A stretch of DNA of 64,000 nt. It comes from Octopus sinensis (lineage: Eukaryota). The position numbers and the translations under genes are program-made. The stretch is taken from positions 61,070,001 through 61,134,000 of the forward strand of contig NC_043007.1 of the NCBI RefSeq assembly GCF_006345805.1. Direction: 5' to 3'. Shown here in pieces: positions 47,600-61,300 of this stretch. The notes beneath the pieces are model-generated. The model was not told where the DNA came from. It searched no databases and saw nothing but the letters and a program-made list of their open reading frames with translations. Positions within the stretch are counted from its first letter, which is position 1. Every line of letters starts with the position of its first letter.

Positions 47600-48970
47600 G
47601 ATGAATGTTTTCATACTTGCAATGAGCAAGCTGGTAAGGTCAGCAGAAGTGCAGTGTCAAGGGTTGCTCATCATGTCTGGTGTTCAGCAGCCTCCTATTA
47701 GGGCCTTTATGGATGAACTAACTGTGACAACAACATTAGTCATGAGGATCAGGAGGATCCTGAAGAGCCTTGAGGAGTTGATGACTTCGGTTCACATGAG
47801 TTTCAAGCCTCTCAATTGAAGATATCTTGTGCTGAAGAAGGCTTCCTATCGGCAGCCTGAGACAAGAATTTGTGGGGACCTATGCAGAGGTGTTAAAACA
47901 CCAAAACTCCTGTGATCCTGAAGTTTTCTAGTTGTTATTGAGGTCAGAGCAGGACAGAAGTAGAGAGCAGTGGAGGCTGTTAAGGCTGCAGACATAGAGC
48001 ACTCATGGGCATTGTACATTGAGGAATGGCAATCTTGGATAGCACTACAACACCTCACTATGACAATATCTAAAGAATGGACAGGAGGCTAATCCAGAAT
48101 GTGATGCAAGCCTTGGCTGCATAAAATTCCTAATTCAGGCAGTTTATGATGTTCTATCAAGCCCATCCAACTTGTTCTCCTGGAGAAAGTTTTAGTCACC
48201 AGTTAGTCTCTTAAGCCTAAGGAGAGAAACCCTGGAGCTCTTCCTTAGTAGCTGCCCAAAAGCCCTGGGAGATGGATGCTACTACTGGAAGTATGACTAG
48301 ATTTTGAAGGTTATAGCAGACACCATTTGAAGTGCAATTAATCAGTGCAAGTACCTCTGCCCAATGAAGAAATTTATTACCTATCAGAGCTTGCAGGAAG
48401 AAGATGCCAGTCATCTAGGTTTGCCTACTCAGGCTTACATGCAACAGCAAAAGACTGGGAGCTATAAATTGACCTGGGGAAGCAACTGATGTTCTCAGAA
48501 GCTGTCACTTCAGCATCACTAAGGCTGGACATAGTGCTGATCTTAGAAGCATCCACGCAGATGATTCTGTTAGAATTCTCTATTGCCTGGAAGGACTGCA
48601 CTGAGGAGGCCAAACAAGAGTAAGAGGAGAAAAGAAGCTGAACTAGTGGAGTTATATCACAACAATAGCACCAAGCAAGGTGTGATCCCACTGAGGTGGG
48701 ATGCTGAGGGTTTGCATTCTCTATAAAGCTTACAAGGAGCCTGAACACAGGGGCATAAACACAGAAAGTTGGCTATGCAGGCAATAGAGTTGCCTTGAGG
48801 TGTGAGCCTTAGAAGGAGATGTGAACCTTGGAAGGGACAGAACAAACTAAACACAAGCTGTGGCTAGATCAACCCCAACTGAGTCACCTGGGTGAAGGTA
48901 TATGATGTTGAAAGACCAGAAACATCTAGTGATCCCAGGACACAGCACTGATGATGTGTATTCAGATGTA
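47600..48970 (+). mobile_element. HERO-like (RLE-type) non-LTR retrotransposon remnant
   Basis: SAEVQCQG...QQPPIRAFMDELTVTT..MSFKP, LRLDIVL..LLEFSIAWKD; 3' UTR GATCAACCCCAACTGAGTCACCTGG...ATGATGTTGAAAGACCAGAAACA. Large internal deletions. The clade name is from recalled similarity. Confidence 0.75.
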
Positions 48971-49884
48971 TCACATGATGATGTATGGAAAAACTGCACA
49001 AACGCGCGCGCACACACACACAAACAAACAAACAATTAATAAAATGCAAAAAACATTTAGTATTTTATGCTTTATAAAACACACAAGTTTTGGCAAATTA
49101 ACTACCAGGCTTACACAATTTCCTGTTCAAAAATTGTTATTATAAATAACAAATAATTATAAATCTTATTAAATCACCCACTCAGGGTTTAATAACACAC
49201 GAAACTCTCGACCTTTGAGTCACTCTGTAACTTCTGCTGATAAATAATAATAATAATTGGTGTGTGTGTGTGTATACTGAGCTCGAAATTCCAGAGCCAT
49301 TATATTTGCTTTACAACAGAACATGAAACAGAATGTAGCGATCACATCGGATTTACGGGACAATTGGAAAAATAAAATCGATACAGTCGTCAAGCAGCGA
49401 AATGTTTAAGTGGCGTATTTTATGCATGTTTGTTGTATATTTAGAAATTACTCTATTTCTAACGAGACCAAAGACATTACACACATTGCGTATGTGTGAG
49501 TGTGTGTTTGTGAGCGAACGTGCGTATGTATAAAAGATATATATATATATACAGTGTGTGTGTGTTTATATATTGTGCATTCTTGCTTTCATCTTGAGTG
49601 ATATATATTTATTCACAGAAGACACATGGTGATTATATATTTATTGCACACCAAATTTCTTGGTGAAAAGATTGATTGTAAAAGGTATATACTCAAACGA
49701 TGTTTTCGTTAGCACTGGACGAGTGGTGATAGTGGGGGGATGGCATAAAAAGAAAAAAAAAAGGAATAATCGAAAACTTGGCATTCATTTAAAGAGTTAT
49801 ACTATTTTAGTTACATAAATTGCATGATTCCTTCTTTGGTTCTTTAAAATTATATCTTCACGATGAATGAAAATCATTTGAATT

Positions 49885-49894
49885 GATATATATA

Positions 49895-49971
<77 letters not shown>

Positions 49972-50076
49972 CATATATATACATATATATATATATAATA
50001 TATATATATACATATATACATATATATATACATATATTATATATATATACATATATATATATACATATATACATAT

Positions 50077-50111
<35 letters not shown>

Positions 50112-50650
50112 ATATATATATATATATATATATATACTATATATATATATATTACATATATATATACATATATATACATATATATATATATATTATACAT
50201 ATATATACATATATACATATATTATATTATATATATATACTATATATACATAATATACATATATATACATATATATATATATATACATATATATATACAT
50301 ATACATATATATATACATATATATATACATATACATATATATACATATATATACATATATATACATATATATACATATATATATATTATATATAAATACA
50401 TATATATATACATATATATATACAATATATATACATATATATATACATACATATATATATATATATATTATACATATATATACATACATATAATATATAT
50501 ATATATATATACATATATATCATACATATATATATATATATATATATACATATATATACATACATATATATATATATATATATACATATATATACATAAT
50601 ATATATATATATATATTATATTATATATATATATATTATATATATATACA
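49885..50650. repeat. ~770-bp compound (TA)n/(TACA)/(CATATA) microsatellite
   Basis: Direct inspection. Confidence 0.97.
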
Positions 50651-50689
50651 GGACAAATTTACATACATGCATGCATACACACAAACATA

Positions 50690-51450
50690 CAGTCAGACGT
50701 ACGTACGTACGTATTTACGTAATACGCAAGTACATACGAACGTACGTATATATGATAAAGTTTTCTTGTGGAATATTAATGTCCCATATAGGTGAAACCC
50801 AATGAAATGAAATTAAATTAGAATTAAAAAGACTATAATTAGAAATGTCTAAGATTAATCGATTTTTACAAGCTGAAATATATTTTAAATGTAGAACAAA
50901 TTTACATGAATATTTATCTGTTCTCCTCGCAATCATCACCACGTCTCTTTTAAAGACAAATCGTTTGAAATCATTCATTAATTAGATTTTGATACTTGGG
51001 TCAAAGGTCAAGAGAACTTGATTGCAATAAGCGCGACATGTTACACAGGCGATGCCTTAAGGTTTAACAATTAAACATCTCTAGCGTAAACAATTATAAT
51101 GACAGATGTAAACATTGCTATTCATAGATTCATTTTTTTTTTTGTTTTTGTTTTTAGAAAAAAACCCATTTTGCTTCAATTTTCAGTTGTTGCTAGTCTT
51201 GCACATAAATAAATAACTGAACTGATAGCAATAATTCCTAATGCCTTTTAATAATTTATAAAAGAGATCTGTCCAACTCACCAGTCTGATCTGGGTACTA
51301 ACGAGTACGTACGGCATTTTGCATATAAAAATTATTCGCGATGTCACTTCGATACATAAAACTATTCTACTGACAGATTCCAATATTTGTCAACTGCGCT
51401 TGACATCTTGGAACATACGGAAGCACAAAGAGGAAGTAAATTCTACGGAA
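50690..51450 (-). promoter_or_regulatory. CpG-retaining segment around GCHFR exon 1 (probable promoter/5' end)
   Basis: CpG is visibly more frequent here (ACGTACG, GCGCG, TCGCGA) than in flanking intron; surrounds the ATG exon. The TSS is not determinable. Confidence 0.55.
51282..51317 (-). CDS. GCHFR: GTP cyclohydrolase I feedback regulatory protein, coding exon 1 (36 nt)
   Basis: AAAATG CCG TAC GTA CTC GTT AGT ACC CAG ATC AGA CTG|GTGAGT = MPYVLVSTQIRL, matching the GFRP N-terminus MPYLLISTQIRM. Confidence 0.96.
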
Positions 51451-52138
51451 GCAATTTCATATAGGTGAAAACCAGATAACTCAAAGAGCTTAATCTTTAG
51501 AGGTGTTACTAAAGTTGCCAAAGATTAGAATCCTTTGCTCCACATTGCAGATCTTCATTTAATTTTTAGTTTATTGAAATTTTTAGGAAAATCCAAGAGA
51601 GTTCTTTCCCCTGCCACTTCTGAAAATAAATATTCACTAACTTTTTTCCATTAGGATTATAATTTCAATTAAATAAAATTTATTTTCAGTTCACCATGTA
51701 CTGTAGCCAATACTTAATAATGTTCTTCATGTAGTAAGCACCCTTGGACAAATTACCAATGTCATATTTTAATTTGTCTAATGAGTAAATATTCTTCGTA
51801 CCTACACACAAACACACAAAATATTCCTGTTTGTTGTTCTCAGATCTTGGCAGTTGTTGAATAGTCAATATTTTACTACTGAAGTCCGATGAGATTGGAA
51901 CATTCTTGGAATTGTCATCATGGCTGCTAAATATCAGACTTCCTCTACCCTCTTTAAATGTTTACATTTAATTTTTGGTTGATTAGATTTTTGGTGTTTT
52001 TTCTCTTACTTCAGGAATAAAATTTATAAAGGCAAATGACATGTTTCTCACTAGAATTATAATTCCAATTATAAATATTTTCACCCCACTACAATTTTAA
52101 AAACTCTAATCATGACACATACAATATATATGCATATG

Positions 52139-52975
<837 letters not shown>

Positions 52976-53745
52976 TCTGCTAATATGAATCTATTGCATT
53001 CTTTTGGCTCTAATGCTGTCCTTTTTGAAATAACTAGCAATAGCAATGGGGTGACTCATGTATTTGAAACTCTATAGTTCACATGTTCATCAATTTCTCC
53101 CAGAATGCCTTTTCTAATACACCACCTTATAAATTTTTAAGGTGTTACTTTGGCGTGTGATCAACAACTTCAAGGGCGAGTACTCTAGATTCGTTTTTAG
53201 TTTTTTTTATGCTGAAAACTCATAGCTGCCAAACTTGTGTGATCTACACTCTTATTCTAATTATTATATTGTTTATTTTTGGTTTCTTATTATTTACTAA
53301 GACATAAATGAAACATGGGTTTATTATTATTAAAATAGTAAGAATTTTGAAAAAATACATTTACAATGCTAAGTATGTACAAAAGAATTTACTGTAGAAG
53401 TTAATGTTAAAATGTCAAGTGTTTTTAGAAATTGAACAGTAAACTAAAAAGTAACTTAAAGTAATTGCCCTTTAGGTTGTAGATTACATGCCAAAGTAGC
53501 ACCTTTTTAAGTTTCCTATAGAAACCTTTTTGTATATTCTGGTCTTTCGGCAGCTGTTTGCCTAGGATACACACTTCAACCAAAATGTTTTTCGATTCTG
53601 ACTATATGTATACAATTCTATATGTGAAAGGGGTGAGAAAATACTGTTTTTCAAACTTTTGTACAACTGCCATAGAGCTTGCATGTGTCATACATATCCT
53701 AGGAAGGCTGGTGCTATGATTATTCTTTTAATATTAATTGATTTG

Positions 53746-53942
53746 AAGGTGGTAAGCTGGCAGAATTGTTAGCATGCCTGGCAAAATGCTTAGTCTTTAT
53801 GTTCCAAGTTCAAATTCTGTTAAGTTCAACTTAGCCTTTTAGGCTCAATAAAATGAGAACCAGTTGAACATTGGGTCGATGTAATCAATTAGCACCATCC
53901 CCCAAAATTGCTGGCCTTGTGGCAAAATTTGAAACCAATATT
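53746..53942 (+). mobile_element. SINE family B
   Basis: AAGGTGGTAAGCTGGCAGAATTG head, CCCCAAAATTGCTGGCCTTGTG tail. Confidence 0.75.
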
Positions 53943-54429
53943 TATTGTTTTGGTGTCAATATGACCATAAATAATTTGATACAAGTCAGCTGTGAGAAAT
54001 TTTTGATTTATCTGATCCAGTTTAATCTGGTTTCTCCAGTTTTAGAATATACATCGCAGTAATTGTCTCATGTTGAATGACATGAGTAATGAAGGTTATT
54101 GAAATCATTATCATGAATTATTAGCCTATATTTGTAGTAATCTATGAATGTTATCTCTTTAGACCTCCTTGCAACATTGCATGTTAAGCCAGCTTTTCAC
54201 TCCTGATCACAGAATGGGAATAACAATAGAAATTGCATTGAGTCATTGTTTGGATGAAGAGACTAAAATGTTTGAAATTAAACCTCTCCTATGACACCCC
54301 TTTTATGTAACCATAAAAGTTGTTATGGATGAAGTGTTTCTAAGTTAGTGTCTAAAATACAACATCTGCAATTGCCCAATTGTATCTTCAGCTACTAAGC
54401 TTAGAGACACTACTATTTTTCAGAAAAAA

Positions 54430-54990
54430 AAAATGAAAAAAATCTTACATATTAATAGTATCCAGATATATTTGCTATTATCATGAAACCAAGCAGCAAA
54501 CTTGTTATTTCTTGATATTATCTCCAGAAGTGATGTCTTAATGTCTCTGCCAAATGTGTTGAGTATTTGCGTCCTCCAGTTTAGTTGATGTATCCTCCGG
54601 TCTAGATAATGTATCAGAAATATTAATTTGAGCATATCCTAGTTCTTGACACTCTTAATATATCTGAAGGCTATTGATGAAAGACTTATCCACAGTTTCT
54701 ATTTTAATTTTCTTCTTGAATACCAGTTACCTCTGAAGGTGTAAAAGCTAATGCTTAGTTATAACCTTAATGTAAGCTTGGCAGTCTCAACTCTTGAGAT
54801 TAGTTAAAGTTAAAAGTTCTTGAAGTTCTGGACATGAATCTGGAATATATAATGGAACCAGCTGTCTGTTACCAAAACAGAAATTGAACATAGGATTTAT
54901 CTTTGAGTTGCAAGAATTTTTTTTTCTTAAGCATATTTCTTGATCATATTTTGAACATTTATCATCCATCTTTTGAAAGTGACATCATAT
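54430..54990 (-). pseudogene. Helitron Rep protein N-terminal remnant
   Basis: FNFCFGNRQLVPLYIPDSCPELQELL, YN*ALAFT, YAQINISD, LLEIISRNNKFA resemble Helitron motifs (CC..GKV.LP....PP.L..LL; YNSAFAFTS; FAQLYI.D). Confidence 0.6.
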
Positions 54991-55014
54991 GACAAATGTA
55001 AATGGCATCAACCA

Positions 55015-55395
55015 TAGCTTACAAACTCTGGAATTAAATATTACAAAGCAAAGACAAAAGCAGAAGATTGACTAATGCTAGAGTACATGAAACTACAACT
55101 CAAAGATCATTAAGTCAAGAAACAGGCAATCAAAGAACAATTGCAAAGGCAGTCACTAACAACTCAGTAAGGATGGGCTAATTGTCATGTTTTGAACTGT
55201 TTCCATAGTTTTCTTATTCTATTTGAAGCAGCCCAACCTTATTGGATAAGTTGTAGTTGTCTTTGCAATGGATCTTTTTGATTGTCTGTTTTTTGACTTT
55301 GTGATCTTAGATCCATAGTTTCATATATCCTAGCATTGACCAATCTTCTGTCTTTGTCTCTGTTTTGTAGTATTTTTCCCAGAGTTTGTAAGCTA
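55015..55395. repeat. Diverged inverted repeat, 165-bp arms (55015-55179 / 55231-55395)
   Basis: TAGCTTACAAACTCTGG, CAGAAGATTG, AATGCTAG, ATGAAACTA, AAGATCA, ATTGCAAAG and TAAGG.TGGGC are colinear in both arms; roughly 70-75% identity by eye. Confidence 0.85.
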
Positions 55396-55649
55396 GAATA
55401 CATAAATCTTTGGAACTGTGACTTTGAAACCAATAAACAAAACAAGAACTTTTGACTGAACCAAGGGACTAAGATGAGAACTATCAAAATAATTTTTTGA
55501 ATGGTAATAGCAGAAGCAGCATTAACAATAATGCAAATAGCCACTATTATGACCCTGATGACAATAACACTGCCAATGTTGATGCCAGCATAATGGAAAT
55601 TCAAGCTACAATAGTTATGATAACTACATCAGCTTAACTGGTTAGTTGG

Positions 55650-55980
55650 TTGGTGGTGGATCTCTGTCCTTCAACAGTGAGGATTCAGTTGTTCAATCAA
55701 CTGAAATACCTGCTCCTGAATTAATATGTAAGTGGTCAATCACTTCATAGATATGTTTACTCTGTAATTCTCAGGCAGAATCAGCATGACATGGTGTGTA
55801 TGGCAAAGCTGTATCTTTTGAATTACAGGTACAATTCACTGACGGACTTCTATGCAGTTTCTCTCACAAGGTATAGGTCAACCTGAGGCTATAGAAAAGG
55901 ACATTTGCCTAAGATGCCACACCATGGGATTGTACCCAGGACCTTGTGTTTGTGAAACAAACTTCTTTACAATCTGGCCA
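55650..55980 (-). mobile_element. Adjacent fragments of SINE family A (3' part) and family C (5' part)
   Basis: 55650-55830 aligns to and extends the family A body (36720-36835); 55842-55980 aligns to the family C head. Confidence 0.5.
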
Positions 55981-56229
55981 ACCAATTTGAACTACCTCCA
56001 CAATAAAATAAAACATATTTAAGATAACATTTCTTTAAGAGTAGTGAACAATTTTTGATCACATAAATGTAACCATATATGCCACTCTTCTGTTGGCCTT
56101 CTTCACAATCCCTCGCACAGGTCAGATTACTGATCTCCCAAAGAGTGTGCAAAACTCAATGCTGGATGCTATACTGGCATTTTTACTGTTGAAAAAAATG
56201 CCAATGTACCATCTTCACTGCTACTGACC

Positions 56230-57680
56230 TGTAATGCTGCAATGACACTTCAAGTGTATGGGCAATTATGCCTCCCCTGGTCTTGGTGGTGTTACTTATC
56301 TCCTTCTCAGATATGGAAGTCTCTTTCTATTGTACCAGCTTTGACTACTTTTCCAATTCTGCCTTAACTGCATTATCCCAGAACAGTGGAAAATTGCCTG
56401 TGTTATTTCCCTGTTCAAAAAGGTCACTGTACATAACCTGTCAATTAAGATCCAGTCAATCTCACAAACTGAAAGAGTCATGTATCAGAGAGATGCTTAA
56501 AAACTCCGGGAACTCTTATAATCTTAGTTGACTCTTGCAATTTGGATTTGTACCAAACTCCAGCTACTGCAACTAACCCATCAATTTTCTTGAAGACATC
56601 ACCCAAATCTCAGGCATGGGTGGATGTTATCTATCATGACTTCATCAAAGCCTTTAATTCTGTGCTACACAAACAGCATATGGTAAAGTACCCTGCAATG
56701 AGTGTGAAGGCTAATCTTTATAACTGACTGAAGGCCTTAAATCTTGGTTGAAAAGAGGTAGTCACAGTATTAGGACAAAATTTTACACTTTATGCGATGA
56801 CATCTGCTGCCACCAGGGAACTGTTCTTAGTCCCCATTCTCTGTTATTTGATGCATAGATGCCAACTAATGAAGTGTGTTATACAGACAGTGTTAAGCTG
56901 TACCTAGAGATAAAAAGAATGGATCTTTCCTGCAATCTGACCTGGACACAATGTAGCAATAGATTGTTGATTAGCAACTTGAGTTGGCTGTAGACAAGTG
57001 TATAACTATGTATTTTGGGAGGTAAAATCTAGAATTTACCAACTCCCTCTACAACACCAACTTTAAGAAGTCTGCAGGTAGATGCATCCTAGGTATTATT
57101 GACAACAATGGTCTGCATTGGATGAACCACATTTTAAAATCATCAAAAAGGCTGAAGGTGTCTTAGTAAGATTTTTGTCATCTGGACATCAGTTATTTAT
57201 TGAAAACTATATATGGCTATAGTATATCTACACCTAGAGTTTGCATTTCCAGTTTGGAACCAACCCCCATGTTGTTCATAATACTGATCTGCTGGGGGAT
57301 GTACAGAGACATACAATCAGATAAAAATCCTCTGCCAGTCACTTACCATATTGAATGTATTGCTTCTCTGGACATTTAAACACTAAAATTCCAATGTCCA
57401 GCAGCTTACTTGTTAGAAGCCCACAAGGTTATCCACTATCTTTCTAACAACAGATGTAACCACCTTTTTGAATTCAATACCTCTACCTCTTGTGGGCATG
57501 CTTTAAAACAACAACAAAATGCAACACAGTACCCATGACCTCTGGAAACATATTTTCACTCAGAATTCTTGAATTATGGAATAAACATTCACCCTAGTTG
57601 TTAGGTGTCAGAACACTCTTCAAAAATTTCATGCATCTTGAGATTTGCCAACATTACTCCTGACATGCTTATGGTTCACT
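56230..57680 (+). pseudogene. CR1-like LINE RT remnant
   Basis: IIPEQWKIACVISLFKK, VDVIYHDFIKAFNSV, QGTVLSP, YTDSVKLY, LQSDLD, LYMAIV..HLEFAFPVWN. Confidence 0.75.
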
Positions 57681-59647
57681 AAAACTTGTTGGAAAAAGGT
57701 AAAAAAGAAGGCAGAAAGTATTAACAAAGACAGTGAAGATAGCCAAAAGTACATGGATAAAATACAAGAAGATAGAAAAATTAATAGTAAAATAGCCATA
57801 TAGAGAGAAAATGGTGCATAGATGAAAAGTAGTGTTGGCAAATTTTAGGAAACATGTCCTAGTATTAAACAAAGAGGATAATTTATTCCATGTTTTCTTT
57901 GCACCTCACGGCCCTTTCAAAACATGTGCAATAAAAAAAAATGCAGACATTCTAACGATTATCTACCAAGAATTAATAAGTCTAAGCCTAAGGTGTTTCA
58001 AAGTTGTATATGCCCAGCAAGTGAATTGATCTGAGAACATGTATTGAAACTGAAGCAATTACATCGTGAAAGAATCATTTAACAACACACAAAGCTATTA
58101 AAATTCATTTTATCACATTAGCCGTCAGGGACAAGATCACAGTTGAGTGACAAAATTTCGAAGCCTCATGAAATATACTTAGATTTAAATTGCATTTATT
58201 TAACTGCTATGTATGCGTTTCAATTATTAAATGGTTCATCTATGATGTAGCTGCCAAGTGTAAGGGAGATAACTATTAACATACCCGAATCACTTGTAGC
58301 CACCATATAGAAGGGAATTTAATAAACTGGTCTTTTTGGATCATAAAATCAAACGTACTCATCATTGTTGTGAAAACAAATAAATCTTATTCGACTTTTA
58401 TCACTAGACAATCATCAACCATGAATTATTCATTAAAACAATGATTATCTGAAAGTAAACCATAACGATGATAGAAATAAAACAGAATGATAATATATAA
58501 ACAGTTGAAGAAGTCTACCTAATAAAAAAAATTTACAATCCTCCCTGTTTTAGGAAAACTACACAGCAAATCTTCGTTAAATCTTTTTGAGTACCTTTTG
58601 TTACGACTAGAATTTCGGATTTCATTCATCTCATCCAATCAGAAAGATCACTTCACCGGTCATTGTTGTTAGTAAACTGACCAGATGGGAGCTTTGTTGT
58701 TGACGTAGCACGAATAACATTTATACAGGGTCGAACAACTGGGCAGTTAATTCTGGGGTTCGAAGATGTCAACTGCTTGATGCTAAGTTTGCCGTCAATA
58801 GAAGTTATGAACAATAATAATGATTCTTTATTAGCAATGATTCTTGAGAAAGCATCTCGTTTAGACGTGTTGCGCTAAAAAGCATAGGACTGTCGTTACC
58901 GGGCGCTTTTCGTCTGCTACTGAAACATTTCTATGTCTATACGTCTTGCGAGTTGCTTTCTCAAGATCAATATCGTAGTTTTGTGGCTTTCTACACGTCG
59001 AGTAAGATATATAGAAGTTCATAATAATGAGCTTAATGTACAGAGAACGCCTGAAATTTTCCATCCTACTCTTAACATGCTTGCACACGATTTCCCTTTA
59101 TGGCTCTTTTAGTGTTCCCTTTTGTCTTGTGTTTTATCCTGTTTACCATGCATGTACTTTTGGCTATCTTTGTTGTCTTTCTTAACTTGACATATTGATG
59201 TTTTTTGCCCTCTCTTTTTCTATTTTCCAACGAGGATGTTAAGAGTAGGATGGAGAATTTTGGAAGGCATGGAACTTTTGAGAGATACAATGTCCTGACA
59301 GCTAGAACAAATAATTTATCAAGTCCTGTTTATCAGCATCACTGAGATGGTTGTTGTAAGCAAGAAATTTCTGAACCTGGCATTTCACTACTATAACTTG
59401 TAAAACAGATTTGAAGAGCTTTGTAATGCAATTGTACTGGAGTCAAATGAAGTGCCTTCTTGCTTGATATCAAACTAACATTATATTTCATACTTGCTTG
59501 GTAAATTGTGAAAAAATATGAGAAGCAAATAAATCTCATTTTGTTCGGGGGCTTTTATTATCAAACAATCATTGACTGAACTTTATTCATAAGATAGTGG
59601 TTTTCTGAAAATTAAAACAAAATAATAATATAAACAAAACAAGATTA

Positions 59648-61300
59648 TCTTATATATAAATGGCAATTTCTGTCTGTCTGTTACCATCTTGCTGCCCAAA
59701 CCAGGGAACCAATCTTCACCAAACTTTGTATAAAAGTTGAACTAACATCCACTTCAATTAAAAACTAATTGGATTTCAATAAAAATCAATAATGGACTGA
59801 CTACCGGGGCTGAGTTATTACATTATAAAATGAGAGAGGTACAAAAGTGTTAGGTTCAGGAAAATGTGGCATAATGAGGGTGGCTGATATGAGGGAAGGG
59901 GAGGAGACAGGAAGAGATAGACACACACAGGGAATGTGAGAGATAGACAGAGAGAACGACAGACAGGGTCGCCTGCCATATATGTAAAAGAGAGTTTATG
60001 TGTGTGTGTGTGTGTGTGTGTGAGTCCGTGCACGTGTGTCTTCCTTATGCATTCGAAAACCGAGTTGCTGATTTTGACGTATGGGATATCAAAAGATTTA
60101 GTAAGGTTATGACTACCAAATAAACTTTATTTTCATTTACATATTTGCATTACAAAAATTTTACACTATAATCTTTTCTATAAATCAATTATCATAAACA
60201 TCTTATACCATGATGATGATGACAACGACGTCACATTTTCTATAGAGTATTTACCTTAAAAGACGTCCATTTCTCTATGTTATGACAAAATGCAGTCACT
60301 CACTCTCTTTCTCTCATGCACACGCACATGCATATGCAAAAAAGATGCGTACATATGTATTTATGTATGTGTAGACGAAAGATGTGTGTGAGACAGAGAG
60401 CAAGAGAGAGACTGAGTAAGTGCCACTTACACATATATAACAACACACCTTCACTCACTTTCTCTCTCCTTCCCTCTCTCTCTCTTACACACATACACAC
60501 ACACGCGCACACATAGTCCATTTCATATACATGTATATACATCTTTCACTTTCTGCTCTCACTTCAAAGCAAATGTTGCGATTTCACTTTCTCTTCTCTT
60601 TCAATATCTGCTTTCTTCAAAGCATAAAGAAATATAAAAATTTTACAGAATTTTACGAATACATTTGAAAACTGAGTTGCTGATTTTGATGTACGGGTAT
60701 CAAAAGATTCAGTAATTTTTTGGCTAATAAATACACTTTATTTTCATTTAAATATTTGCATTACAAAAATTTAACATTATAATTTTTCTATAATTCAACT
60801 ATCCAAAACCACATTTTATATCACAATGATGATGATGTCACATTTTCTATATGAGTGTGTACCTTAAAAGACATCCATTTCTCTATTTGTTATGAGGAAA
60901 TACAGCCACTCACTTTCTCTCTCACATGCAGATGCATACAAAAAAGATGTATGCATGTGTTTTTATATAAATGTATTTGAAAGATGTGTGTGTATGTGCA
61001 TGTGTGTGTGTGAGAGAGAGAGAGCGAGTGAGTGCCACCTACATATACATGCAAATACACTCCTTCATTCATTCTCTCTCTCTCTCTCTCTCTCCCACAC
61101 ACACATGCAAACATACACACACAAACATGTCCATTTCATATGCACATACATACATCTTTCACTTTCTGCTCTCACTTCAAAGTAAATGTCGCCTTTTCAC
61201 TTTCTCCTCTCTTTCAATTTTTGCTCTGTTCAAAGCATAAAGAAATAAAAAAATTTTTACTGAAATTAACGAACAATCATATGAACCCGTATGATTGAGT
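59648..61300 (+). mobile_element. Helitron-like non-autonomous element with an internal 612-bp tandem duplication (60051-60662 / 60663-61275)
   Basis: A|TCTTATATATAAA...TGTCTGTCTG 5' end. The duplication is unambiguous; a canonical hairpin-CTRR 3' end was not found. Confidence 0.55.

Noticed and set aside
48895-48965. Hammerhead-like words (TGATG...GAAAC, CTGATGA) in the HERO-like 3' UTR
   Set aside because: They are not arranged as CTGANGA-stem II-GAAA with flanking stem I.
13236-51281. Orientation bias of intronic TEs against the GCHFR strand
   Set aside because: LINEs and the full gypsy element are antisense, but the solo LTR, Penelope fragment and several DNA elements are sense; numbers are too small to claim a bias.
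51686-51970. ~95-codon minus-strand open frame ending just upstream of GCHFR exon 1, followed by AATAAA
   Set aside because: No recognisable homology; frames of this length are expected occasionally by chance, and no compatible upstream exon was established.
58285-58365. Minus-strand ATG-to-donor mini-exon MMSTFDFMIQKDQFIKFPSIWWLQVIR|GTATGT
   Set aside because: I could not recognise the peptide or find a phase-compatible next exon; needs RNA evidence.
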